DNA of 64,000 nucleotides, from the NCBI GenBank assembly GCA_036918135.1, contig JBALDB010000054.1, positions 64,001 through 128,000 on the forward strand, in the 5' to 3' direction. Made by a program: the position numbers and the translations under genes. Below, piece after piece: positions 8,922-18,066 of the stretch. The notes beneath the pieces were generated by a model. It saw only the letters and a list, made by a program, of their open reading frames with translations. It was not told the DNA's origin and ran no database searches. This DNA is from Nostoc sp. (GTDB lineage Bacteria > Cyanobacteriota > Cyanobacteriia > Cyanobacteriales > Nostocaceae). How positions within the stretch are numbered: position 1 is the stretch's first letter; every line of letters begins with the position of its first letter.

Positions 8922-9245
8922 TCATGATTTTTCCAATCTTAAAATGTTGGTGAAAAATTTTCTAACTTTGAAGATGTTAACAGGTTGAGAGAATTTTATA
9001 GATACTTCTCCTGTATGTGTTCTCTCCACTAAATAGGCTACTCCCCGATAAATTAATTGATAAGTAACTGATGATGTAAAAACTTTCGCAGGCTCGATAT
9101 TTGAGTCAACACGATAGGTTAGCCCACGATAAGTCAGGTTATAAGCAGAACCTCGAAGAAGAACTGGTGCAAAGGGTTGTGTTGCTTTTTTAACTACTTC
9201 TTCTGAGTTATATTCGTAAGTCAGACCGCGATAGTAAAGTTTCAT
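8922..9245 (-). CDS. DUF4278-domain small protein
   Basis: Three L.YRG..Y repeats (MKLYYRGLTY, LTYRGLTY, LIYRGVAY) and a GGAG RBS. Confidence 0.8.
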   Translation of the reverse strand: MKLYYRGLTYEYNSEEVVKKATQPFAPVLLRGSAYNLTYRGLTYRVDSNIEPAKVFTSSVTYQLIYRGVAYLVERTHTGEVSIKFSQPVNIFKVRKFFTNILRLEKS

Positions 9246-9259
9246 TTTACGCTCCTAAT

Positions 9260-9535
9260 CTATTTATTTTTACAGGTAAGGACATACCGATTTGGTGTTT
9301 CCTTAATTGGTGCAGGCTTCATTTTGGGTTTAACTGTGGGATAGTAACAGACTTATACAACAGAGTTGTCTGTCCAAGTAAGTAGATAAGATTTGTTACC
9401 AAGTTTGGTCAATCCTGGGGGAATATTTGATGCCGTAGCAATAGCTTTCTAGTTAACTTGAGATGCAGCAATTTTCCAAGCAGAAGTGCTGATAAGTAAA
9501 CTAATACTTGCTATCCAGGTTTTTGATAGTTTCAT
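9260..9535 (-). pseudogene. Decayed small secreted-protein gene with two in-frame stops
   Basis: AGGAG RBS, then MKLSKTWIASISLLISTSAWKIAASQVN*KAIATAS...TWTDNSVV*VCYYPT...RYVLTCKNK*. Confidence 0.5.
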
Positions 9536-9664
9536 CCGAATTTCTCCTGACAAGTTAAATGTTTTGAGTTTCCCCCAATCTTCTATTCATTTTGTTGGTG
9601 AATTATTTCCTGACATTTAAGCAGTAAAGATTTTTCATAATAGTTGTGACCCCGCTAGATATGT

Positions 9665-9772
9665 TTGTTCGAGCAAATCTAGGCGATCGCCAATTATTAT
9701 CGAGGTAGTAAAATTCTGGTGTTAGACTAGGCGAAGTTAGATGCGCTTGCGACCGCCCAAGCTGAATACGAT
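9665..9772 (+). pseudogene. Second 3' remnant of a Crp/Fnr paralogue
   Basis: GTTCGAGCAAATCTAGGCGATCGCCAATTATTATCGAGGTAGTAAAATTCTGGTGTTAGACTAGGCGAAGTTAGATGCG...CCCAAGCTGAATAC is colinear with crp 4582-4684 and contains stop codons. Confidence 0.85.
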
Positions 9773-10075
9773 GTATAGTGGTTTGGCAACCCAAAATTGC
9801 TATGTAGGTCGAGTTGGGGGAGAGGTGCAACTGGCAAAGAAAGAGTTGTTTTTCAATGACCCTTTTTCCTCCCTGCCTCCCCAGTTTGCCACCATGCAAA
9901 CTTACTGTGACAGAGTACTAGAGAGTGTCATGAACTTTGGCCTGGGCGCAACAACCGAGCATCTTGACGCAATAAACCATTAAGTCTCTCAATCCGACTT
10001 CAGTTGTATTTTCTTTGCGTTGAAGCAAAGCTGGTTTTAGCCTTGAATCTTGGCAAACCAGCGTTTTGCCACAGG

Positions 10076-10678
10076 CTACTTGACTTGAGTAATTCTCGCC
10101 GAGTAGAGATGCCATTTTCGCTGCTCTGGAGTTGAGCCAGGAACATCATTGACTCGTCTGAGAACATAGCTGCCCTGAAATCGCTGTGGAGTTCCATCAG
10201 TTGCGATCGCAGTAATAGTAACCGGAATCTGAATGTAGGTTGAGCCTGCCCCTGGGTCTGGTCTACCAGGTTTTCCAACCTCTACAGCAACGGATGTGGT
10301 GTTGGCAAAACCTTGCTTGAATTGGTCAAACGATTGCTTGCTAGCAGCCCCATTTCCATCCCAAACCGAGTAAGCTTGTTTATAATCTTGACGGGCGATC
10401 GCACTATAATAGTCACGAATTACTTGGATTGCTTGCTGCCCTGGCTCGGTATTAGCAGAGCTTTGCGTAGGAGAAGCTGGTGACGGTGTGGGAGTGGAGG
10501 CGATGAAATTTCCAACCGATGGGGTATTTACGGAAGGTGGCTGTGATTTAACAGAGTCATTACAGCCTATGAGGGCGATCGCCAGTAGCATTCCGGCAAC
10601 GGACATCCGGTGCTGTTTTAACCAGAGATATAAATAAAAGTAAATCTTTGACAAAGATACCTCCTTGGGATTCCACAT
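10076..10678 (-). CDS. Hypothetical lipoprotein
   Basis: Lipobox-like LIGC, a Pro/Ser/Thr linker, and a C-terminal domain (IRDYYSAIARQDYKQAY...GAGSTY...GSYVLRR). The start may be the downstream Met. Confidence 0.8.
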   Translation of the reverse strand: MWNPKEVSLSKIYFYLYLWLKQHRMSVAGMLLAIALIGCNDSVKSQPPSVNTPSVGNFIASTPTPSPASPTQSSANTEPGQQAIQVIRDYYSAIARQDYKQAYSVWDGNGAASKQSFDQFKQGFANTTSVAVEVGKPGRPDPGAGSTYIQIPVTITAIATDGTPQRFQGSYVLRRVNDVPGSTPEQRKWHLYSARITQVK

Positions 10679-10702
10679 ACTGGAAATACACTGGATATAG
10701 TC

Positions 10703-10860
10703 ATATCAAGTTCGGTTAATAACTTACAATATGGTTGGTCTTTTTGGTAATTGGGAAAAAGCGAATTGGGAAAAAGCTAATTGGTAATTGGAATAAATAA
10801 CTGACGATTACCCATTACCGACCCTCACAGATATCATAAGTATTCAACGGGACATGATAT
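10703..10860. mobile_element. MITE-like element with internal GGTAATT-type STRR
   Basis: About 24-bp imperfect TIRs: ATATCAAGTTCGGTTAATAACTTA / TAAGTATTCAACGGGACATGATAT. Confidence 0.65.
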
Positions 10861-10900
10861 CATTGACAAGTTCGGATAAATATGCTTATTATTCCTCACT

Positions 10901-11033
10901 TGTAGCGAACTGCTGATTTCACTCAATAAGCTAAAAATAGCTCTGACTATGGGTTACAGTATACTTGCAGTTAGTGTATCACTAATGGCTGAGGATGGGC
11001 GGTTTTGAGGGTTGATGTTTGCAATTCGCTACA
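10901..11033. mobile_element. 133-bp element with TGT...ACA termini
   Basis: 13-bp TIRs TGTAGCGAACTGC / GCAATTCGCTACA (one mismatch). No obvious target-site duplication. Confidence 0.5.
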
Positions 11034-11043
11034 CCGACGGTAG

Positions 11044-11787
11044 TTAGGCGCTGAATCCTCCATCAATCATTAGATTTGCACCAGTGATGTAAGCTGCCTC
11101 AGACCCAGCTAGATAAGCGACCATCCCTGCAACCTCCTCAACAGTGCCGTAGCGGGGCAGTGCTAGCTGCTTTTTTAGCATCTCGGCAAACTCACCCTCT
11201 GGGGGATTTATATCTGTAGCGATCGGCCCGGGCTGCACGTTATTGATCGTAATTCCCCGCGGGCCGAGGTCACGCGCCAGCCCTTGCACAAGCCCTTGCA
11301 AAGCAGATTTGCTCATGGCATAAACAGAGCTGCCGGCAAATGACACACGTTCGGCGCTGGTGCTGCCAATGTTGATGATGCGTCCGCCTTCTTGCATATG
11401 CTTGACTGCGGCTTGGGTGGCCACAAATACGGCACGCACATTAATGGCAAAGGTGCGATCGAAGTCCGCAAGCGTGAAATCATCAATAGGAGCCATCTGC
11501 ACTACACCTGCGTTATTCACAAGGATATCAATGCCACCCAATTTCTCTACTGTCTGTTCAACAGCAGCCACCACCTCACTGGCTTGGGCACTGTTGGCTT
11601 GGATGTCCAAAGCCTGAACGCCAAGCGCCTGCACCGCCTGCGTGATTTCCTTGGCGCGATCCGGCGAGCTGATGTAGGTGAAAGCAACATCAGCACCTTC
11701 AGTTGCCAAACGCTTAACGATCGCCGCCCCGATACCGCGACTTCCTCCGGTGACGAGTGCGCGTTTATTTTTGAGTGTGTAGTTCAT
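11044..11787 (-). CDS. Short-chain dehydrogenase/reductase (FabG/BdcA-like)
   Basis: TGGSRGIG, NNAG, YAMSK and QPGPIATD motifs. Confidence 0.92.
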   Translation of the reverse strand: MNYTLKNKRALVTGGSRGIGAAIVKRLATEGADVAFTYISSPDRAKEITQAVQALGVQALDIQANSAQASEVVAAVEQTVEKLGGIDILVNNAGVVQMAPIDDFTLADFDRTFAINVRAVFVATQAAVKHMQEGGRIINIGSTSAERVSFAGSSVYAMSKSALQGLVQGLARDLGPRGITINNVQPGPIATDINPPEGEFAEMLKKQLALPRYGTVEEVAGMVAYLAGSEAAYITGANLMIDGGFSA

Positions 11788-11839
11788 ATTCGATACCGTC
11801 GATTAGAAATTGGATAATTTGCTATTAGTAATTATCTCG

Positions 11840-12532
11840 TCAAACTTCTGCTTCGCTCGATAAAACTTTTGTTACTTCAAAAACTGTATGGGGACTTTTG
11901 AAGGTTAGCCGTGCTTGTGGTTTCTGGAGTGCCACCATAGTTTTCACATGTTCGCATTCGTCATCACGGATGTTTACAAACACGTCGTATAAATTATCTA
12001 CTTTGGGACGGCGAAAGTCATGACCTGGTGCAGTCTGAACTTCATCAAACATATACAGATCCCCATCGCGGTAGAAGTTGATTGCAACCTGGGGCGCTTT
12101 TTGAGCTTTCAGTTTGGCTTCATTGGTTTGCAAGTATTCGTCATAGGTGTGGTAGGCATGACCTTCAATCAGTTCCATCAAGTAGTAGGCGTAAGCGGGA
12201 AACAACATGTAAATCGGCACAACCACCCAGTAGTAAGCCACAGCAACGTGTTGAGCGATGAAGCGATCGATCCAGAGGCGACCGCCGCCCAGTGATTCCA
12301 TAATCAACAGATGATGTAATTCGTTCCAGGTTTCAGCAAAGTGAACTTTCAACAAGTCAGCTTTGCGCCAGTAACCCAGCGTTTCGTAAAAATGTAGCAC
12401 CGATAGATAAGAAAAGTAAGGAACGCGGGCGATGGTTTCCAACATATAAAACCGAGCGTAGGAACGATTTCCGTACACAATATCAACAATAAATACGAAA
12501 AAACTGACGATCGCTCTAATTAAAACTTTCAT
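11840..12532 (-). CDS. Plastoquinol terminal oxidase / alternative oxidase family
   Basis: LETIARVPYF, NELHHL, ELIEGHAY and IRDDECEH di-iron motifs. GGAGG RBS before ATG 12532. Confidence 0.9.
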   Translation of the reverse strand: MKVLIRAIVSFFVFIVDIVYGNRSYARFYMLETIARVPYFSYLSVLHFYETLGYWRKADLLKVHFAETWNELHHLLIMESLGGGRLWIDRFIAQHVAVAYYWVVVPIYMLFPAYAYYLMELIEGHAYHTYDEYLQTNEAKLKAQKAPQVAINFYRDGDLYMFDEVQTAPGHDFRRPKVDNLYDVFVNIRDDECEHVKTMVALQKPQARLTFKSPHTVFEVTKVLSSEAEV

Positions 12533-12669
12533 GATGGATTCCTCCAAAATCAGAATATATAACTGATTAGCCAATTCTGAAAGCCGATAGACGTAGGTTT
12601 GTTTTCTTGCGTCAACCTAACGTCTGCATGGGTTTGACTCATCCTATAAATAATTAAACCTACTAAACT

Positions 12670-12838
12670 CTAGCTTGAGGCTCCTGTTTTTGCTGCTTCA
12701 ATAATCAGATTTGCTACTTCAGTCGGATGTGAAACCATTGAGGTGTGACTCGCTGGTAATGAAATCACAGTTGCCCCAATCTGCTTGGCCATAAAACGCT
12801 CTAGTTCTGGCGAAATCATCCGGTAGTTGTCAGTGTTT
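12670..12838 (-). pseudogene. C-terminal remnant of an alpha/beta hydrolase
   Basis: Manual translation ...DNYRMISPELERFMAKQIGATVISLPASHTSMVSHPTEVANLIIEAAKTGASS*. The N-terminal part is absent. Confidence 0.65.
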
Positions 12839-12886
12839 TGCAACAAAATAAACTACTGATTTGACGATTTCGAGATATTATTTGCG

Positions 12887-13159
12887 TCAGTAGTTATTAG
12901 CAGCTGCAATGGTGGCAAACTCTGTTGCAACCATCTGTCCAACTGCAATCAGCATCATGGCATCATTACCATAAACCTCTCGTAACTGTTTGCGTTTTTC
13001 TTCATCCGGCTGAGTCAGTTTAATAATTAGCCGTGCCATTTTGACTGCCAATTGTCGTCCTTCTTCTGGTGTCTCAGTCAATAGTGAATTGTTAGGGATC
13101 AATGTAACTTCGGGTGGCGTTAAAACAGGTGCATTGGTTGAAGTGATTACATGATTCAT
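12887..13159 (-). CDS. Hexameric tyrosine-coordinated heme protein (HTHP)
   Basis: SLLTETPEEGRQLAVKMAR...TQPD...LREVYGND signature. Confidence 0.8.
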   Translation of the reverse strand: MNHVITSTNAPVLTPPEVTLIPNNSLLTETPEEGRQLAVKMARLIIKLTQPDEEKRKQLREVYGNDAMMLIAVGQMVATEFATIAAANNY

Positions 13160-13212
13160 GTCAAAATCTCCTGAATTAATATTTTCTTGAGAACAGCATT
13201 GCTTATCTAAAC

Positions 13213-13740
13213 TTAATGAACTACTTGGGCTTGATTAACTACAGGTGCTTCAAATTTGGGAGTAACTGGAGCATAAACGACATACACAGAACAAGGAGCA
13301 TGGTGAAACACATAATTACTCACGCTTCCTAAAATCAACTCATTCAAGCCAGAATGTCCTCGATGACCGACAACAATTAAGTTAGCGCCCCAAGTTTGAG
13401 CAACTTCACAGATATTCCGGCTGGGATTGCCAGAATTTTGCGTGAATTCAGTACTTACCCCTGCATTGGTTGCTTCCTCTGTATACGATCGCAATAATTT
13501 GAAGCCTTGTTCTTCATAACTTTGCCATTGTTTCCAATAATCTTCTAGAAGTTCTCTATCCAGTGGGTAGTATTGCAAGGTTGTCAGTGTAGGGATTTGG
13601 GGGCTATCTTTTTCTTCACTAGACAGGACATGCAATAGCATGAGGCTTGCTTTAGTTACCTTCGCCAGAGCAAGGGCTTCATCAAAAACAGCCTTGCCAT
13701 TCAAAGAACGGTCAATTGCAACTAGAATCTTGCGAAACAT
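13213..13740 (-). CDS. Universal stress protein
   Basis: MFRKILVAID and GHRGHSGLNELILGSVSNYVFHHAPCSV motifs, with a CAGGAG RBS. Confidence 0.92.
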   Translation of the reverse strand: MFRKILVAIDRSLNGKAVFDEALALAKVTKASLMLLHVLSSEEKDSPQIPTLTTLQYYPLDRELLEDYWKQWQSYEEQGFKLLRSYTEEATNAGVSTEFTQNSGNPSRNICEVAQTWGANLIVVGHRGHSGLNELILGSVSNYVFHHAPCSVYVVYAPVTPKFEAPVVNQAQVVH

Positions 13741-13816
13741 AGAATCTCCTGATTTAAACAATCTTGAAACAATGGCTCTAGAGGAAAGATTTGAGGAACT
13801 TATCAGCCTTGAGAAC

Positions 13817-14224
13817 TTATATAACCTTCTGTTCTTGCTTAGTTGCTTTCAATGCCCATCCGCTAATCCAACATCCCAATCCATCTACAATTAATATGAG
13901 GATGGCTGTGACTTGGAAAAGCAGACCCCAACCTGCGAAGGAAACTTGAGAAACATGATCGGGGCTAATTGCAATCAAATGATTGTAGATTGCAAAAAGC
14001 AGCGATCCTGCCATTGAAAAGAGCAGCAGCCAGCTACCAAGGCGGTAGAACTGTGTCCAAAGTAAAACGGCTGCAATGATGGGGGTTAGGAAAATTACAA
14101 AAATCACAAACGAACTCTGAAGCAAAGATAGAGCAACAGGAATTTCTACATGTGCTAAACCATGCAGTCCGTTGGCAAGCGTATGAATGACTACAATAGT
14201 TGTCCCATATTGAACAATCTTCAT
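13817..14224 (-). CDS. Hypothetical His-containing membrane protein
   Basis: Four hydrophobic segments plus HGLAH and PDHV motifs. AGGAGG RBS before ATG 14224. Confidence 0.75.
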   Translation of the reverse strand: MKIVQYGTTIVVIHTLANGLHGLAHVEIPVALSLLQSSFVIFVIFLTPIIAAVLLWTQFYRLGSWLLLFSMAGSLLFAIYNHLIAISPDHVSQVSFAGWGLLFQVTAILILIVDGLGCWISGWALKATKQEQKVI

Positions 14225-14317
14225 CTTTTTTCCTCCTAAGTAGAAAACTTCAACAGACATCATTCATTGATGAGACTAAGAGCGCAACCGCAAATATGCA
14301 ATACTGATTAGCGGGAC

Positions 14318-15613
14318 TTAGACTGCAACTAGATTAGATGCGATCGCCTCATTCAGTAAATGTATAGCTTCTTCGCGGAGCGTTTCTGTTTGGGATCGCA
14401 GCATCACTTGTTCTGAACACACGAGCGTGAAGAATAGCCGATTTCCCAAAGTTGCCACGCCAACTAAGCGATCGTTTTTCACACCTGTAGTCACAACAGG
14501 CCCATATATTGCTTGAAGTTCTAGCTCTCCAAACTGTTGTGCGATGGTCAATCGCGTGAGATTGCTAACAGCTATATCGTAGTCCAACTGGTCTTTAAAA
14601 ACTTGCAAAGCATCATCAGGACTGGGATTGGTAGACAGCCATTCTTGAAGTTGGAAAATCTTCTCAAACAGTTTGTTAGAAGTCATACTTTGCTTGAGCT
14701 GCTGTTTAACAGAACGAGCAACTTCCCAGAAATTGGCATCAGAACTTAACAAGTGCAATGTCCGTTCGGCAGTGATACAAAAACTGACATCTTCCTGGTT
14801 TGCAGATATTAAGTAGGGTCTGAGATTAATCGGTGACGAACAGTTGATGTTCTGCGGCTGTTGTGAATGATTTTGCTGGCGGACTGCTAAGAGAAAGGCA
14901 GCACAAATCGCAGCATGAACACTCGTCTGCTCTTGCTGACAGCGAGCTATGAGTAACCGCGTTGTTTCGGATGAGAGCAAACCAGAACTGACAAATGAAC
15001 GGTTATTTTGCTTCGCAGGTTGTTCAAGCAAGAAGGAATCGCTGATGAACTTAGGGAGCGGCTTTAATAAAGAAACTCTTTCCAGGACTTTGCCAATAAT
15101 TAAGTCCTCTAGTGACGGAGGAACAAATAAGGACTCTCTGAAGGTAGTAGGCGTAGCAATAGCCTGCAAAATATCTCGAATTAAGTAAGTCACAGAGATT
15201 CCATCTGCGATCGAGTGATGACATGTCACAATCAATTCTGATAATTCTACACCATTGCTGGAGTGAACCAAGACCACCCGCACTAACGGAGCTTGCCACC
15301 AAATAAAGGGCGTTGCGATTTCTTGCTCAACTTCTCGCTGCCAGTGTTGTTCGGATTGCCGCTGCACAACCCGCAGTGGAATGTCAGCAGGGTGTTCGAC
15401 AAACCAAGGGTGCTTTGATTCATCTAGAACAATCCGAACTCGCAGGAGTGGATGCCTTTGCTGTACGAGGTGAAGTGCTTGCTGAAGTTGAGGAACCGTG
15501 AATTTTCCTTTGATTTGGGCAGTGAGAGCAAAATGTAAAGGATGAGCTCGGTCGTGGAGCCAGAAAATTTGCTCTCCGGCTCCCAGAGGGCGATAGACAT
15601 TGACAGATTGCAT
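14318..15613 (-). CDS. Stand-alone condensation-domain / alcohol acyltransferase (PapA5-like)
   Basis: RHPLLR and HHSIADG (HHxxxDG) motifs, plus SPINLR. Confidence 0.85.
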   Translation of the reverse strand: MQSVNVYRPLGAGEQIFWLHDRAHPLHFALTAQIKGKFTVPQLQQALHLVQQRHPLLRVRIVLDESKHPWFVEHPADIPLRVVQRQSEQHWQREVEQEIATPFIWWQAPLVRVVLVHSSNGVELSELIVTCHHSIADGISVTYLIRDILQAIATPTTFRESLFVPPSLEDLIIGKVLERVSLLKPLPKFISDSFLLEQPAKQNNRSFVSSGLLSSETTRLLIARCQQEQTSVHAAICAAFLLAVRQQNHSQQPQNINCSSPINLRPYLISANQEDVSFCITAERTLHLLSSDANFWEVARSVKQQLKQSMTSNKLFEKIFQLQEWLSTNPSPDDALQVFKDQLDYDIAVSNLTRLTIAQQFGELELQAIYGPVVTTGVKNDRLVGVATLGNRLFFTLVCSEQVMLRSQTETLREEAIHLLNEAIASNLVAV

Positions 15614-15681
15614 ATATTTAATCTCCAATACTATTGGGAATGTTTGTTCAAAAAACAATGTTTTCAGCTAAATATCTATTT

Positions 15682-15900
15682 CCATTGAGGCGATTTCATC
15701 AAACAGTTCATGGAGTTGATAAAAGTTTTGACCTTTGACATTCCGCGAGCATATTTAATCTAACTCTTTAAATCGATCGCAGTTGCTAAACTTGGATTCA
15801 GTAAGGTATTCACTTGCGATCGCATTGCTGCGGGAATATCAATTCGTGTTGAGTAGACGAACGATTTAGTGTCCTTTTGCTTAGTGGTTGTTGCAGCTAT
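15682..15900 (-). pseudogene. dps: Dps (DNA-protection ferritin-like) pseudogene, 5' half
   Basis: Manual translation YSTRIDIPAAMRSQVNTLLNPSLATAIDLKS*IKYA[frameshift at HW]NVKGQNFYQLHELFDEIA. Confidence 0.75.
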
Positions 15901-15926
15901 AAGCTTTACTCGTGATATGTGCAATT

Positions 15927-16496
15927 CTAGTTGTTGTAAAAGTTAATGCGTCCATAGCCTAAGAACTGACCCAACCCATTGTTCCCTGCTGGATATGCGG
16001 TCACACCAAACAGATAAACACCATCCAAACTGGGATTTTTCTGGGCTGCAAGTGCAACTGTAACAGTACTACCAGGTTGCACAGGTCGATCGAACACAAC
16101 GATCGCTTCACCTGAGTTGGAAGACCGATCGTTGCCGCCAATACTGGCTAATCGGATTTCAGAACCTGCTGCAAACCGCTCGCTAGCAAAGGCTTTGCTG
16201 TTGTTGATATCAAATTTGACTGTTTCTAGATTTTTCGCCTGAGCAATTTTAACTGCTTTCAAAGGTTGTCCTACGTCTTTAGGAACGGTAAGTGTGAATT
16301 CATAAGTAGAGGATGTGTCTCTTGCAGTTTGAGGGGCAGCAGCCCGAATTAATTGTGGAGGGTGATTAAATAAGGTTTGCTCAGATTGGTCAATTGAAAT
16401 GCTTTCGGCTTTGGTTGAAGTGTTAGTTGCTGATTGTATAGCAGTGGTGGTAGCGATCGCTAAGGTTACACTGATGACAAGTTTATGAAACTGCAT
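15927..16496 (-). CDS. DUF2808-domain secreted protein
   Basis: Signal peptide, F..PP.L, VFDRPVQPG, NP...GVYLFGVTAYP and FLGYGR motifs. Confidence 0.8.
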   Translation of the reverse strand: MQFHKLVISVTLAIATTTAIQSATNTSTKAESISIDQSEQTLFNHPPQLIRAAAPQTARDTSSTYEFTLTVPKDVGQPLKAVKIAQAKNLETVKFDINNSKAFASERFAAGSEIRLASIGGNDRSSNSGEAIVVFDRPVQPGSTVTVALAAQKNPSLDGVYLFGVTAYPAGNNGLGQFLGYGRINFYNN

Positions 16497-16714
16497 AATT
16501 AATCTCTTTGAAGTATAAATGGTTAGCTTGGTTAATGCCCTTCGGGCAAGGTATAAAGCAAAGAATTGGCTTTGAAATCAAGATTCGAGCGAGTCAACTA
16601 TTGTTATGGCTTGCTCCTACACCTCACACACCACACTCCACCCGTTCATAGCAAGGATTTCACCTTTACAAGCCTGCCCAGGATTGCTCGTGTTCCTGCA
16701 CATAAATCGCTAAT

Positions 16715-17155
16715 TCATTTGAGTTTTTCGCTGATGCTATCAAGAGGATGGGCTGTTTCTCGTAATTCTCGTACTTCTCGTTGTAAAAAGAAGTTGAGGA
16801 AGGTACGGATTCCAGTAATCGCTGCAAGTTTTGCCACTGCATCCCACGAGGGGGAAATAGCTGTGCCGACGATATCGGCCGCTAAGAGAAATTCCAGCGC
16901 TAAGGCTAACACCACTCCCAGTTCTAAACGGATCGTTTCTTGGAGAACCCGATCGCGTCTCCAGAAACGCAAGATTTTTCGGAGTGTGAGAATTACAGCG
17001 ATCGCAACTGTTAAAATTGCAATGCCTTCCAGAACAACTTTCAAAAACATTGCGAATTCTTGCAATAGTCTTTCTGCCAAAAGCGTCAACCCAGAGGTGT
17101 GTTCTGCACTAGAGGCATCTAAGGCAATGGCTATCCGATAAACTGACATACCCAT
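16715..17155 (-). CDS. DUF1622 membrane protein
   Basis: RLELG..LALALEFLLAADIVGTAISPSW...IRTFLNFFL signature. Confidence 0.85.
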   Translation of the reverse strand: MGMSVYRIAIALDASSAEHTSGLTLLAERLLQEFAMFLKVVLEGIAILTVAIAVILTLRKILRFWRRDRVLQETIRLELGVVLALALEFLLAADIVGTAISPSWDAVAKLAAITGIRTFLNFFLQREVRELRETAHPLDSISEKLK

Positions 17156-17161
17156 CTAGGC

Positions 17162-17980
17162 TCATTTGTGCGAGTGAGGATGATACTGGAAATGAGGCAG
17201 TTTGACATTTTTGAAAATACTGGGGTAATCAAAAGTGTGATAAAGTTTTCCAGTCAAAACATCCTGTTGGCCTAGCACGATCAGCCGAAACGCTCCCACT
17301 GCGATCGCCGCACCCATTGGCGGAGCAATCCAATAAATCCACTGATGATGCCAATTTCCACTTATCAGTGCCGGAGCGAAACTCCGCGCTGGATTGAGAC
17401 TTGTTCCCGAAATTGGAGCTTCTTGCCACACCATCCCGGCAATTAATAGCCAAACAACCAAAGGTGTCCAGCGCATCAGCCGATGATGACTGACAAAGAT
17501 AAAAATCGTCAATACCAAAAGAAATGTAATCGTGACTTCTGAGAAAAATACAATCCACAGCGGATAATTCAACCCAGGTAGCGTCATACCGTTACTAACG
17601 CTTCTGGCATAATCTCCCCATAAAGTCACCAGCAGTAACACGGCAGCGATCGCTCCCAAAAACTGCCCGATCGCAAAGCCAACAAAATCTCTAAGGTGCA
17701 TTTTGCCATGTATCCAAAATGCGAGTGAGACACAAGGATTGATGTGAGAACCACTCAATTTACCAATCGGAGAAATGGCTACAATCGCTCCACTTCCAGC
17801 AAAAATTAGTCCCGTAATCAGTCGCCGAATGCTTGAATCAGGCACAAGCTGTTCTATTGGCAAACTGTGCCCAAAGTTAAACACTATTGCACTCAAGCCG
17901 ATGAAAATATTGAAAGCGGCTCCCAGGAATTCTGCAAAGTATTCGCGCCAATGCCACTGATTCTGAACCCTAGAGTGCAT
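17162..17980 (-). CDS. MIP/aquaporin family channel
   Basis: SGSHINPCVS and SGTSLNPARSF motifs, with multiple hydrophobic helices. Confidence 0.9.
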   Translation of the reverse strand: MHSRVQNQWHWREYFAEFLGAAFNIFIGLSAIVFNFGHSLPIEQLVPDSSIRRLITGLIFAGSGAIVAISPIGKLSGSHINPCVSLAFWIHGKMHLRDFVGFAIGQFLGAIAAVLLLVTLWGDYARSVSNGMTLPGLNYPLWIVFFSEVTITFLLVLTIFIFVSHHRLMRWTPLVVWLLIAGMVWQEAPISGTSLNPARSFAPALISGNWHHQWIYWIAPPMGAAIAVGAFRLIVLGQQDVLTGKLYHTFDYPSIFKNVKLPHFQYHPHSHK

Positions 17981-18066
17981 AGTTGGTAAGTGTTGTCAAG
18001 GGACTTGTGTTAGTGCCGAGCGATTAGCTAAAAGAGCAATCGTTAGTGTTCTAGATATTACCAGAC

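Noticed and set aside
15806..15825. Reverse-strand ATGCGATCGCAAGTGAATAC resembling the crp 3' end
   Set aside because: It is explained as part of the Dps pseudogene (MRSQVN) around a HIP1 site, so the similarity is coincidental.
16566..17141. 191-aa plus-strand ORF
   Set aside because: It is antisense to the well-supported DUF1622 gene and has no recognisable motifs.
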